Source: Zygnema circumcarinatum SAG 698-1b (Eukaryota > Plantae > Zygnematophyceae). Taken from it: a stretch of DNA of 64,000 nt. The number at the start of each line of letters is the position of its first letter. The first letter of the stretch is position 1. The translations under genes were made by a program, and so were the position numbers. The notes beneath the pieces are model-generated. The model saw only the letters and a list, made by a program, of their open reading frames with translations. It was not told the DNA's origin and did no database searches. The stretch spans positions 3,896,689 to 3,960,688 of the forward strand of contig CM074809.1 in the NCBI GenBank assembly GCA_037447605.1, given 5' to 3'. Of the stretch, positions 51,761-64,000 are shown in pieces.

Positions 51761-52157
51761 GGCGGAGACTTGTTACAACCAGAAGGCAGTCAGTCGGAAA
51801 GAGCCGCATGGGCAGAATTTCTGCTTCAGTTCCTTTGTCAACGGTAGGATCCCCCTCCTAATGAAGTCGTCAAAACGCCATGGCCCATGCCATGGCCATG
51901 CTGAGATATACATGGCCCATGCCATGGCCATGATGCGAGATGCCAAAAATGCGTGGGCCCATGTGCGTGTGTGCTAGAATTCCGGGTACTGTACGGTCTG
52001 GAGAGATTCAGAGGCAAAAAAGGAAGCGGGCGTGCTATGTCTTTGTTGTGAATACCGTTCCCGATCCAGTTTCACGCATATTCTGCACTGGGAAAAGGCG
52101 TGGGCGTGTCCAAGGTAAGTCTCAACCTGCTTGCACAGAAAGCAAGCATCTTATTTT

Positions 52158-53050
52158 GGGTAACTCTACTGCACCCCCGCGTTTTGTCTTTCGCACCCCC
52201 GTTTTGAAAATTTTGCCTGCCCGTTTTGGTTACCCCCCAGTTTGAATATTTCGGGAAAAAATCTTTTTCCCGCCCCTTTCGTCCCCTGCTCTGGTTCCTG
52301 TTGCGAAACGCTATATAGTTAAATGTATGGTCGACTATTTATGTCCGCGGTTGCTTTTTAAAGGTAAAGTTTAAGGGTTGGTATTCGGAGAGTACCGAGT
52401 TCGGACCTTGTAGGAAGCCTGCTTGTTTCATTCCCCCTCCCTTCATAGTTTTTTGGACATTCCATCCCCTCGTTTTTTCCTTTTCACTATTGACTTCCAA
52501 CAATGTGCGACAAAAGAAAAGGGGACTTGCATTGGTCTCAAGATGGTGAGGCCATCAAATAAACATGGACAAAGTCAACATGGGAACCACAAGAAATTAG
52601 TCGCAAATGAAACAAGAACAAAAAAAAAAAACCTAGGAAGAAAAAACTAAACTAAACTAAGCTTAAGTACAAAAACGCAACTGCAAAGGTCACCAATGTT
52701 GGGCAACTGTTACTCTCTGTTTTCAGGTTACCCCTAATTAAGGCAAGATCTTAAATTGTGGCCTGCTTGCTTGCAATTGGAACATTTTTTCCCTTCAACG
52801 TACTCGAAATAGCTCTTGTCCCGGCTGATTGCCAAACTGCGCGCGCCAGAAGGTCGACCTCGTTTCTTCATAACCGGGTGAGGGTTTTGCAACTGCAATG
52901 GTTCGAGGGGGGGCAGCGGAGGGGACGAAAGGGGCGGGAAAAAGATTTTTTCCCGAAATATTCAAAACTGGGGGGTAACCAAAACGGGCAGGCAAAATTT
53001 TCAAAACGGGGGTGCGAAAGACAAAACGCGGGGGTGCAGTAGAGTTACCC
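52158..53050. mobile_element. Non-autonomous MULE-like element with ~125-bp TIRs, upstream of NUP214
   Basis: GGGTAACTCTACTGCACCCCCGCGTTTTGTCTTTCGCACCCCCG at 52158 and a near-perfect reverse complement ending AGAGTTACCC at 53050. The right TSD is hidden by a gap. Confidence 0.75.
52531..52640 (-). mobile_element. Diverged CRE-like 3' terminus nested in the MULE
   Basis: ATTGGTCTCAAGATGGTGAGGCCATCAAATAAACATGG...GGAACCACAAGAAATTAGTCGCAAA aligns with the other copies. Confidence 0.6.
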
Positions 53051-53060
53051 NNNNNNNNNN

Positions 53061-53925
53061 CAGCGCCGTTCGCGAGACCCGTCGGCGGTGTCTTCGTTTT
53101 TTGGGTGGGGATTGGGAGCTTTTGCAGGCCGAGCACGCTGATCGCATTCGTGCCCTGTCGGCGTCCGCTGCCACTCGCCCGCCCTCCCTTTCGGACGCCT
53201 CAGCTCGACATCGTCGGGCGGTTCAGTTAGGCCGATGCGGGGAGTTGTCTCGCGCTGCTCGCGCTCTTCGACCCTTTACGCCTGCCCCGGCCAACAACGA
53301 CACTTTGGATCGCCTTCGGACTCTCCATCCGGATGCGACTGCGGATGTCCCTTCTTTCATCGACACTTTTGAGCCTGTCGACTCGTTTGTGCTTGATCGT
53401 GTCGCTTTCATTCGGGCGCTTACTCGCTCCCCTCATTTGTCTGCAGGGGGGCCTTCGGGCATGGTTTATGAGTTGCTTCGTGATGTGTTTTCTCCAGACA
53501 CCGGGGATAGTGGGTTTGGTTTGCTTTTTCAGCTTGCTTGTGTAATATCGCAGGGTCGTGTGCCCTCGTCCGTGAGTCATATCCTTACGTCCGCTCGTTT
53601 GGTTGCCCTTGCCAAGCCCGCAGGGGGAGTTCGCCCAATAGCCGTAGGGGAGGTTTTGTATCGCATGGTTGCTCGCGCTATGTGTTTTCAGTTACAAGGG
53701 GCCTTTCAGGACCATTTTTCCCCTTATCAGTTTGGTGTGGCGACCCCTGGGGGCTGCGAGGCCGTAGTTCATGGCATTCGTGCGACGTTGGATCTTCACC
53801 CTGATTGGGTTGTTTTGCAGGTTGATGTGACTAATGCTTTTAATACGGTGGATCGTCATGAGATTTTTCGCGAGTTACGAGAGGCCCCAGCACCGATTGC
53901 GTCCCTTTTTCCTTTTGTGCGCACA
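53061..53925 (+). mobile_element. CRE-clade non-LTR retrotransposon reverse-transcriptase fragment (copy 1)
   Basis: Open frame with GELSRAARAL, SAGGPSG, LVALAKPAGGVRPIAVGEVLYR, QFGVATPGGCEAVVH and LQVDVTNAFNTVDR, typical of N-terminal RT motifs of REL-endonuclease (CRE/SLACS-type) elements. Bounded by gaps. Confidence 0.82.
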
Positions 53926-53935
53926 NNNNNNNNNN

Positions 53936-54789
53936 CAGCGCCGTTCGCGAGACCCGTCGGCGGTGTCTTCGTTTTTTGGGTGGGGATTGGGAGCTTTTGC
54001 AGGCCGAGCACGCTGATCGCATTCGTGCCCTGTCGGCGTCCGCTGCCACTCGCCCGCCCTCCCTTTCGGACGCCTCAGCTCGACATCGTCGGGCGGTTCA
54101 GTTAGGCCGATGCGGGGAGTTGTCTCGCGCTGCTCGCGCTCTTCGACCCTTTACGCCTGCCCCGGCCAACAACGACACTTTGGATCGCCTTCGGACTCTC
54201 CATCCGGATGCGACTGCGGATGTCCCTTCTTTCATCGACACTTTTGAGCCTGTCGACTCGTTTGTGCTTGATCGTGCCGCTTTCATTCGGGCGCTTACTC
54301 GCTCCCCTCATTTGTCTGCAGGGGGGCCTTCGGGCATGGTTTATGAGTTGCTTCGTGATGTGTTTTCTCCAGACACCGGGGATAGTGGGTTTGGTTTGCT
54401 TTTTCAGCTTGCTTGTGTAATATCGCAGGGTCGTGTGCCCTCGTCCGTGAGTCATATCCTTACGTCCGCTCGTTTGGTTGCCCTTGCCAAGCCCGCAGGG
54501 GGAGTTCGCCCAATAGCCGTAGGGGAGGTTTTGTATCGCATGGTTGCTCGCGCTATGTGTTTTCAGTTACAAGGGGCCTTTCAGGACCATTTTTCCCCTT
54601 ATCAGTTTGGTGTGGCGACCCCTGGGGGCTGCGAGGCCGTAGTTCATGGCATTCGTGCGACGTTGGATCTTCACCCTGATTGGGTTGTTTTGCAGGTTGA
54701 TGTGACTAATGCTTTTAATACGGTGGATCGTCATGAGATTTTTCGCGAGTTACGAGAGGCCCCAGCACCGATTGCGTCCCTTTTTCCTT
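53936..54789 (+). mobile_element. CRE-clade RT fragment (copy 2, near-identical)
   Basis: Starts at the same base as copy 1; the only difference I noticed is GTC>GCC (V>A). Bounded by gaps. Confidence 0.8.
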
Positions 54790-54924
54790 NNNNNNNNNNG
54801 TCACACGCGCCGGGACCATGCATGCAACAACCTTATTCAAACAACCTAAATAAACTACTTCGTGTCTTGCTATGCATAGTACATGCTAATCTGAACTAAC
54901 TATGTACACTAACAAATACCGCCC

Positions 54925-55021
54925 GCCTATTGTTAACACGGACACCCTTATATTTTCGCTACCCAATATTTTCGCCCAATATTTGCCGAAACCATGGCGA
55001 AAATATTGGGGGGGTCTACTG
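54925..55021. mobile_element. Diverged single end of the pogo-like MITE
   Basis: GCCTATTGTTAACACGGAC...AATATTTTCGCCC...GAAAATATTGGGGGGGTCTACTG resembles 29170-29263. Confidence 0.55.
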
Positions 55022-55131
55022 AACTCTTTTGCAAGCAGATCGCGATCCCCCAGAGTACTGTACAGTATGTTACTCGTTTGGGTCTCGAACTGATGAGAGT
55101 TTTTCTTTCTTTTTTTCGATCCTGAATACGC

Positions 55132-55450
55132 ATGTATCGACAGCGCATTTCCGTCGCCCTTCAACGTCGCCTCGCTTATACGCTTCTTCGGCGTGCTGCG
55201 GTTGTCGGTGGCCATGTCGGTGGCCGTGTCGGTGGCCGTGTCGGTGGACTTCCGCCGCTCCCTCCTCGCGACGTGCCTCACATCGGTGACCTTCGCGGCT
55301 GCTTCTAGGGCTGCGTTGTTGTGCCTAGGCGTAGTTTTCCGCTCCTAGCTTCGTTTTATTGTGTTTCGGTCCTTTGTGACCAGTCCTTCGTGGTTCCACA
55401 TTTTGCCTTTATCCATGTAAATTTGATGGCCTCGCCATCGCGAGTTCAAT
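55132..55450 (+). mobile_element. 3' end of the CRE-like element: ORF C-terminus plus 3' UTR
   Basis: Reads YRQRISVALQRRLAYTLLRRA...GCF*, the motif that ends REL-endonuclease ORFs, followed by the shared UTR ending CCATCGCGAGTTCAAT. Confidence 0.75.
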
Positions 55451-56281
55451 GAAAGTTTGCGTTACAGTATGATTGGTCGCTTATACCCCATTTAGACCCG
55501 ACGCGAACCGATGACGTTGGCCGTTGGCGTTGCTGAAAAATCCTCTCCCATGGCCACACGGCCCATACCTTATGACGCCATCATGCCATCATGGCCATCA
55601 TCATGCCCATGCGCGTATGTATGTATGTATGTATGTATGTATGTATGTATGTGCGATCCAATATGAGATGGCACTTGCAGGGCTCCTGGAAGTGTGAGCG
55701 TCTGTGGGGCCGAGGGACGGTCGTATGACACGAAAGCCATAGCGTGCCATTGAAGGTGCTTGGCAGAGAGACGAGGTCAGAATTTACTGAGCATTCTTGC
55801 CTCGGATGCGGTCGGATAAGGCGGTATTGTATTGTGTGGTTCCGTTTGCAGAGGTTGCTGGACGTGAAACTGTAGTCTCTTTGTGAGCAGTGGTGCTGTG
55901 GAATGGTAGCAGGAAGGAGACTGTTCAAGAAAGTGGCGGAGTCGAGTAAGGCGGCAAGAGAAGAGACGATTGACAGACTTCGAAGGTATTGCACTTAATA
56001 AGGCTTGTACTTTGAGTGAGCTACGTCGCCAGCAGAGCTCCTGCTTTCTAGCCGTTATGTTGTACCAAATTTAGCCCGGATTTTACGTCCTGGAGTGAAC
56101 ACAACATATTGTGAAGAAAGACGAGGGAAGCAATAGAAGTAGAAGAAGGTGAGTCAAACAGAGGGAGAAACAGAGCGAAGCGGGAAGTAGAAGATCAAGA
56201 GGAACAGATGAGTGATAGAGAGCGTTAAAGTAGCTATTAATTGCTTTCTTTTTTTATGACTGTGCGCAGGAATCCGACCTT

Positions 56282-59200
56282 ATGGATCCAGGCCATGATA
56301 ACGAGAGCGAGGGGCTACCACCAAGCTATGAGCAGCTTGCAGACGAGCTCCCTGCATGCGCCATGTGTCTGCAAGACCTCGGGACAAATGGCGGCCCTGC
56401 GTCCCTGCCTTGCGGGCACAACGGCTGTTTGATGTGTCTCCTGCAGGTATATATTGCCAGCTTTTATGGTGTGTGTATAGGAAGGAGTAAAGGCCGTTGC
56501 AGGATGCAGGATAAGCGGGCCTTGTTTGCTTTTATATTGTGTTGAGGCGAGAATGCTGCTTGAATGTGTGATACCTTGCAAAGTTGTGCTGTGGAAGGGG
56601 AGCAAGGAGGTGTGACATAGGTGTAGTTAGAGTTACCTTTTTCCATTTTCGAAATGATTTGGAGATTTTTATGGATGTGAATTCGCTAATTTGCCCTTTG
56701 CAACGTAAAGTCGAGCATAGCTGAGAGCGCTGTGAGTCGCCTCGGCGAAGCTGAAAGTCTGCCTCCTTTCCTCAACCCCTTTCAACTTGCTCATGCCCCC
56801 TTTCTTGCTTCCAATCGTTTGTTTCCCTGATTATTACAGGTTCAGAGCAGCCAACATCAGCCACTCTGCCCCCTGTGCCGAACTCCGTTTGATGCTAATC
56901 TTTCGCTTCAGCAAAACACAGAATTACGTGACGCGCTGGGTAGAGCCTTGCAAGCCTCCCAGATAATGCGCTTCGCTGAGCTAGACGTACAGAGAAGTTC
57001 GATTATTGATGATGACAGGACAAGCATGCAACGAAGTTCTATATGGGGCAAGGGTCAGGAAAGTGGGCTTGTGCGTTATCCCACGGTCGAGACTTCTAAT
57101 AATGGACATATGCTACAGGAGCAGCTGAATGAGTGGGTCTGCGTCTCTTACATGCCAGGCCAAAAGGAGCGAGCAAGAAATGAGAATCAAGATCAACCTG
57201 CGAGCTCTGATGATGAAGACAATGATGTGGCTGCACGAGCTTCAATCACTCAATACAGAGGCGATCTGTTGCCGGGTGGAGGAGCGAGAAGCTGGTGCAT
57301 CTACAACGGAAGAAATGCACCTACCTCTTCGACTTCGTTGAGCACCGACATCAATCTCTGGGATGTTATGGCTGGACTGGTTGCGCTAGCAACTGGTGCA
57401 AGGCGAAATTTGTTTGGCCAGAGTCGAGTAGCAGGAGAATATCAACCACCTCGATTATCGCAGGGAGGATTTGATATTCCTTTTGGAAGTTCGGGGAATT
57501 CCCGGAATGCAGGTGGTGCTGTAGTTGAGGGCATTCGGCATGATCGGTCATCAAGCGATAGCTCCTTCATTAGTCCCAGCGCCCCACCCTTGGGATCGTC
57601 TATTGGTGGCCAGGATTTTGCTCGATCGTTGCTCTCCATTATTGAAACAGAACCTCCACAGTGGTTAGCCGATAGTGCTTCCACATGTTGCATGCAGTGT
57701 GGAACACCGTTTCAGCCGGTGATGTGCTTCAGACACCATTGCAGGTGACGACTCCCGCATTTTTATGGTTTTAGTGCGTTTGTTCTTGACTCAGTTTTTG
57801 TTTGCCAGGTGATTTTGACTACTTTGATGTCACAAGGGAATGATTAGCCAGCTCGAAATTTCTGTACTATTAAGCATCTGCTAAAATTCGTCGTCTTGAA
57901 TTGCTTAAATGTATTTTCATCGGCTTATTGAAGTCCTGTAAACCAAGCTGTTTTTGTGGTCCTCGAAGTGGAATGACAGTTTATTTCATGAATTTGGTGT
58001 ACAGGTTTTGTGGCGGTCTGTTTTGCAACGCCTGCAGTAGAGGTCGCTGTCTTCTGCCGGTACAATTTCGACAACATGATCCTCAGCGAGTGTGTGACAG
58101 TTGTCACGAAAAATTAGTTCCACTTCAGCGAACTTTGATAGACAGAGTGAGCAACGCAGCACAAGTGGCACTGCACGACGTGACAGACATGAGCAGCTTC
58201 CGGGGCTGGTTGAACAACCCACTGGGAAGCAGCCTGCAGGAGGAAATTTTCAAGGCAACGGCCACTTTGCGGAGCTACAGCCAGGTGAGTGTAGCCTGCT
58301 GGAATGTTTTATTTATATGCTGATGCTAATTCTTGGAGTCTGTTCCATGTTGTATGTGGAGCTGTCAGCTGACATACACCACCAATTCAAGAGTTTAATC
58401 GGGTTGCAAAAGGATGAAATCTGACATATTTGAGTAAAGATTACTATTTATGAATGACTTGTACAAGTGGACCTCAAGGATTTGAATCGTGGCTCTCTCA
58501 AACTACTAGAAGCCCCTCTTACGTGCTGTGCTTTCTTGCAGGTGGGAAGGCTTAAGCCTGAGCGGTCTATTCCAGATGCTGTCTTAAGCGGCGCCTCGGG
58601 CCTTGCCATCATCACAGTTGTGAAGCTCGGTTGCATGGTCACCTACAAAGCTGGCACGGGTCTGGTGGTAGCTCGCAGGCCTGACGGGTCCTGGTCAGCC
58701 CCATCTGCAATAGCAACGTGTGGAATGGGTTGGGGCCTTCAGGTATTGAGTCATTTATACCCTCAAGATTTCATGTTAGTTTTGTTCAGAATGTAGACTT
58801 ACGATTGAAGCAGCCAACTCAAGAAAGCGAGCAGTCAATAGAGGCGGTTGTCATTTTACATGATAAAACAGAACGTGGCCTACCAGCGAAATGACTCTCA
58901 GTAGCCGTCCATGCTTCCGGAAACTGAAAGCAGTAATGTAAAAACCTGAGTGTTTGCTGCAGGTGGGAGGAGAGTTGACGGACTTCATCATTGTACTTCG
59001 CAGCAGGGAGTCTGTGAAGGCATTTTGTGGGCGAGGCCATGTCTCCCTTGGAGCGGGGCTGAGTGTTGCAGCGGGTCCTGTAGGCCGCCATGCAGAAGCA
59101 GACCTTCGGCTAGGAGACGGAGGAGCTGCTCAATGTTATTCGTACAGCTGCAGCAAAGGTGTGTGCGTTGGTGAAAACATTGAAGATTGGGACTAGGATC

Positions 59201-59691
59201 AGGCCTCTCTAGCGGGCCTTTGTTTGGGGTGTCCCTCTGCCCCTGCATTGTGAGGGCTCCTTCACTTGCAGGTGATTGTGGATTGTAGTTTGCTTCGTTT
59301 CATCAACGAGGCCTTTCCTAGAACATCAGGTGAAGGTCTGAAGCTAGGAACATGGAAGTCAGTTTGCCGTAGCTGCCTCCTGTCTTGTGATGTACGTGTC
59401 TTGTTGTTATTTCCATGCAGCAGGCATAGAGCGCAATGTTTCTGAGCAAGCATTGGGTGCTGCCGCCTGCATGGTGCAGGCGCCTTTGTGGGCATCTCTA
59501 TGGAGGGCAGCGTAGTCGCAACACGGGCGGAGGCGAACCGGCGGTTCTATGGCGAGCAGAGCACATCGGCATCTGCCATCCTCCTCGGGGCCACTCCCTG
59601 CCCGCGCGCTGCAGCGCCCCTCTACGCCGCCCTGCAGGACCTCTTCTCCAAGCTGGAGGGCCCTCTTAGCTGCGATTCTGCCTACTTCTGA
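56282..59691 (+). CDS. RING-FYVE-SYLF(Ysc84) protein, FYVE2/CFS1-like
   Basis: RING CAMCLQDL...LPCGHNGCLMCL|...CPLCR. FYVE WLADSASTCCMQC...RHHCR|FCGGLFCNACS...RVCDSC. SYLF GLAIITVVKLG...GTGLVVARRPDGSWSAPSAI, GGELTDFIIVL, YSCSKG, GISMEGSVV...* (59691). Confidence 0.92.
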
Positions 59692-60757
59692 TGGCCACAG
59701 GGACGAGCATCTGGTTGTGGTTCGGGAAGATGGCAGAGAGAGACAGAGACAGGGGGGGGAGAGGACGAGAGAGACAGAGAAAGAGGGGGGGGGGGGGGAG
59801 TGAGGACAAGAGAGGCAGAGAGGGGAGTGGGAGAGGTCGCAGGGTAAGAGAGGTCAGAGAGAGAGGTGTTCAGTGAGGACGAGAGTGACAGAGGGGAGAG
59901 TGGGAGAGGTCGAAGGGGGGACGAGGGCAGAGGGAGGAGAGACCACGTTACCAGAGGCGAGAGACACAGAGAGAGGGGAGGAGAGTTAGGGGGAGAGACA
60001 GCGGGGGGGTTGGGAGGGATTGAAGGGTAGAAAAGGAGACGGACCATTTCAGCTTGGATTTTGAGCAATGCTCAGGCCACGTGTACAGCGGTTACTGACT
60101 TCTATTTTGTCCATAGTTTAGAGAGCAGTTATGGTTAAGGGTTGCGGGTTTGAATAGCGATGAAGTGTATACTCGGGGAACGTGCCATTGACTTGCAGAG
60201 TAGATACAATCACATGGTTGGCTCAGTTACGTTCCAGTTGACAGTCTACATGTGTCAAATGTTGTGTGCTGAAAGCCTTTTGAAGAAATAGTATGAAACT
60301 GTCTGAAGGTTGGTTTCTCATTCCTGATTTCTCGCTCCTAGTTTCTATTTCTGGCTTTTGTTTTTTGTTGCTGGTTTCTAGTTTTTGCAGTATTTTAGGG
60401 GTTTCATTGGTTTCTGGTTTCTGGTTACAGCGCTGGTCTGTACTCATTACGACTTTTGTCTCCTACTTCTAATTCGCAGGAAAGCATGTGCGGGTTTCGA
60501 ATTCTATGTTTGTGGGAAAAGACATGACATAGAGTCGACATCTTTGGAAAACAAAATAAAACATAGCCAACATGTGTTGGAACCGTAGTCGGTATTGTAT
60601 TGTCCGACATGGAAGGTGAACCTTTCCATATCACAAGCCTGAGCCTCAATCACTCTCTTACTCCGATTCTGACCGATGTCAATCAGTTCAGTGTTGAACG
60701 ACAGTTCTACGTCTAACTGTACATACTTGACCTTCGTTGTTCAAAGGAAAGAAAGGC

Positions 60758-62050
60758 ATTGATCTCACGATGGTGAGGCCATCAAATGTACATTGTCAAA
60801 AGCAGCCTGTGGAACCACCAGGAACTGGTCGCAAAGGACCTAAGCACAAAAGAAAAATGCTAGGGACGGAAATCGCCGCCTAGGCGCAACAACGCAGTCC
60901 TAGAAGCAGCCGATGTTCAAAGATGTTGCATGGCTTTTCGCCATATCTCAACTATGGCTGTCCATATTGTAACCGCATACGGTGACATGCTCCTTGAGAG
61001 GACGGGACTGGTTACAGCGATCACGACAAAACAGTAAAAGGCAAGGTCAAAACCCGCCTGCCGCCTTACTGGTGGCGCCCGCCTCGACGACAACCCAGGA
61101 ATCCAATGGGCGGACGCCACATGGCAGCGAGACTGGGCGCGACTTTCTCGTGCAATTTGCTAAGACGTCGTTTCTTTTTTATGCCAATCAAAGGCTGCCA
61201 CGGCTCACAGTGAGCGATCGGACGGCGCGTGCGCAAGGGCGACAAATGTGAACGGTTGGATTCAGCAGCGCATTGACATCCAAATTGGTCGTTGTTGGGT
61301 TCGTTGTCGGAGACTGCTGAGCGTTTCCAGTAGAGGCTCAAGGTTAGATGGAACGGCCCTGAAAGCCGTGCGCCGTTGAATTCCAGCGCATGGAACCGCG
61401 CGACCACCCTCGCCGCCGGGTGGGCGCCTTCATAGTCGCAGCGCTCGCTATGGCGGCTCCGTTGGGCGCTGCTGCTGCTGCCACGTGTGCCCTAATATCC
61501 GTGACACGGGAATGAACCTCATTCTGGATACAGATGCTGATGCTGCATCGCCTCTCTCGTTGTCTGGCATCCACTTTGAGTGTTGGAATTAAATCAGGTC
61601 CCGCTTGTCAAATGTTTACTGTTTGGTCTGCTGAGTACCGGGAGCCAAGCTTCCTCTGCTATGTGCTGAGGAGGCCTGTTTGCGCGGTAGCACTAAAGAA
61701 AACGAAAGAAAACTTGGCGCTTGGAATTGGATGTTCGTGGCAGCAAGCTTCTCATGTTGCAGCCTTCTGTCAGAGCTCGTTCCTCGGACAAGTTGCTCCT
61801 GCGACGCCTTCACGCCATGACGAGCACATGGCAGTAATCGGTATTAAATTTTCACTAACTGTTGACTGGAGATTCGCGATTGCGTGATTCCTCGACACAG
61901 TCTCGCAGTCGCGGCTTTGAGAGGCGCACGGCAGAGCGTTGGAACCAGCACGCCTTGCCCTGTCTGTGAATCTCCTTTGCAATGAAGTTACGGTAACCTA
62001 ATAAGGCTTCAGGATGTGCAATGACAGCTTCTATCCAGCGATTCGGGTAT
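60758..62050 (-). mobile_element. Longer, old CRE-like 3' fragment
   Basis: The shared UTR core at 60758-60915 is well conserved. The upstream minus strand shows only degenerate hints (SNALPC...RNHAI, RWIEAVIAHP), so the far boundary is tentative. Confidence 0.5.
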
Positions 62051-62327
62051 CGCGCAAACTTCTCTAATCTACATCGTGACATGTTTACGAATTCCATTCA
62101 ACCAACCTATTGAACAACACCATCACTCTGTGACGAAAGGAGCTGGAACTCTTCCTCGTGCCTGAGACTCGCCTCTAAAACTTGCTCCTTCACTAACATC
62201 AACATAGCAGCGGCTCACACTATACGGTTGTTCAAGTCGTTACACTAGAGGCGACCACTAGATGGTTCTCGTAATACCCATCTATTATATGCATGGGTCT
62301 ACTACGCACTCCCCTGTGCGTGTCTGA

Positions 62328-62517
62328 GAGAGCTAGATAGCTATATTCTATACTGTACAGGACCACTATATACACCAAGTACCCTAAGAACCGTGGAGCC
62401 GCTAACGGCACACCAGTACTGCCGAGCTAGATAGCTAGATTCTTTACTGTACAGGACCACTATATACACCAAGTACCCTAAGGACCGTGGAGCCGCTAAC
62501 GGCACAACAGTACTGCC
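62328..62517. repeat. Two tandem ~94-bp units just downstream of the RDR stop
   Basis: TACTGTACAGGACCACTATATACACCAAGTACCCTAAG...GCCGCTAACGGCAC starts at 62351 and again at 62445. Confidence 0.9.
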
Positions 62518-62522
62518 ATACC

Positions 62523-63874
62523 TCACACAGGGAAGTGTCGGTATCTTGCAGAAGTTCCAACCATGGGATCTCCTTCACTCCCCAGGTTCGCCTTCATCTC
62601 GCAAAGGACTGACCCGGCCACTCTCCATGCAAATTCCAGACTCGTATTCTCCTTTGAAATGTTGCTCTGATAGACAGCGCCATATATAGCAGAACTAATT
62701 GCATACAGCTCCTCTCGGGGTCTTTTGCTCTGCTTCAAAGTTGTTGCTCCCTGTCCATAGAGAATCTACACAAGGAAAGAGATGGCCCAAACTCATATTC
62801 AAGCCCTCTCCCTTCCTTCTGAATCTTTGTTTCAGAACTTTGTTCCCCTACCTTTTAATCCACACCTCTCCCTTCCTTTCCCTCTCCCTTGATCACTTTG
62901 TTCCCTAACTTTTAATCCAACTCTCTCCCTTCCCGTTCCCTCTCCCTCCCCCACCCTCTTATTCTTCTCAAAGTCCAAAAAGAGATGTACAGCCATGCTC
63001 ACATATTCACAAGTAAATTGAAGTTCGAACAAGACAGAGTTCCCTTGCTATGCATATCAGCATTTCACTCACCTGTTGGTAGGTTTCATCCAGCTTGCGA
63101 AGCATCTGAATTTGCAGACACTTCTCCTCCGAGCGAGAGAAGATTTTCGCCTGTTCTCTCCTATACGAATCGTAGTGACCTTTCCATTCGTTATGGTATG
63201 CTTCATAGCCCTCGTAAAGTAATTGTCGGTCGAGCCCTGAAGAGAAAGCCATGGCCTGGAATGAAAAAGAGAGGACCAATGCAGCAAACTTCTACAAAAC
63301 AATAGAATCGCAAAGAATCAAGTGTAAAGACGAAGAGGAAGGGAGTGAGGAACGCACCAAAGTTACGAATTATCGAAGACGAATGTTCATCCATCGCGTG
63401 CTTAACCATGTCAAAGATTTTTCCGGCAACAGAATTGGAATGATACCATGAAACATATCGTACAGGGCCTTTTCTTACTCCCTTAGATTCATCTTGGCGT
63501 CGCATATAGTGTGGCTCCATCAGAGGTTTCAAGGCCAAAGGTAATCTCACCTGCTCACCAAGCTCTCCAACTTCCTTTAAGCCACAAGAACCTTCCGAAA
63601 TCTAACCTAACTTTGAATATTTCAAAACAAACGACACTAAGAATTGGGATTCATACATACACTGAACTGAAATAGACAGCAAAAACGACGGAGGCTGCTT
63701 ACCTCGTCTCCTGACTTTCCAGCATCCAAAGCTCTGTAGTAAATACAGACTAGTTTCACAATGTCTTCCAGACTTTCCAGCCTTTCCGCCCCTACAACTC
63801 GTCTGGAAGGGTTTTCATTTATCAGCAGATCCATTTGGGCCAGCCATGCGTTGGCAGCAATGCCTATCGTCAAA
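62523..63874 (-). CDS. 3' part of an RNA-dependent RNA polymerase, gamma clade (RDR3/4/5-like); gene continues beyond the window
   Basis: IGIAANAWLAQMD...LVCIYYRALDAGKSG; PHYM...YHSNSVAGKIFDMV; SAIYGAVY...FAWRVAGSVLCEMK...* (62523). These match remembered RDR-gamma C-terminal motifs. Confidence 0.82.
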
Positions 63875-63947
63875 CTGCACCATTTTCATTCCCAATAGCC
63901 CCCTCAGCAAAACCCCACGTAGATCCATTAAGTCTAAGTGAGAGTTC

Positions 63948-64000
63948 CCTCTGCCCTCTCTGCCCTCTCTGCCCTCTCTGCCCTCTCTGCCCTCTCTGCC
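63948..64000 (+). repeat. (CCCTCTCTG)-type short tandem repeat, intronic, running off the window
   Basis: Direct tandem CTCTGCCCT units to the window end. Confidence 0.9.

Overview
Eukaryotic, intron-rich nuclear DNA from a green-lineage organism. PsaE with a transit peptide, a plastid-type chorismate mutase, plant-type NUP214 and RDR-gamma, TTTAGGG-like repeats and dense GA/CT microsatellites suggest a streptophyte alga; this assignment is inference. The window is a draft scaffold with several N gaps. Ten host genes are recognisable: the 3' end of aminodeoxychorismate synthase, a UBE3D/HECT_2-like gene, a CAMK-group kinase, a UBAC1-like UBL-UBA-STI1 gene, chorismate mutase, an eIF4A-like single-RecA-domain gene, PsaE, an ABHD1/3 (EMB8-like) hydrolase, NUP214 and a RING-FYVE-SYLF gene. 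An eleventh gene, RDR3/4/5, is present as its 3' end only. Between and within the genes are three long-TIR Mutator-like non-autonomous elements, a pogo/Tc1-mariner-like MITE family, and a degenerate Ty3/Gypsy element nested in one MITE copy with its TSD intact. A CRE-clade non-LTR retrotransposon family is represented by RT fragments and five tail-less 3' ends. No prokaryote-type system (CRISPR, operon, rRNA, tRNA) is visible. The best leads are the CRE family, the atypical Gypsy right end, a microsatellite expansion that frameshifts ADCS, the RING-FYVE-SYLF architecture and a telomere-repeat-bracketed intron.
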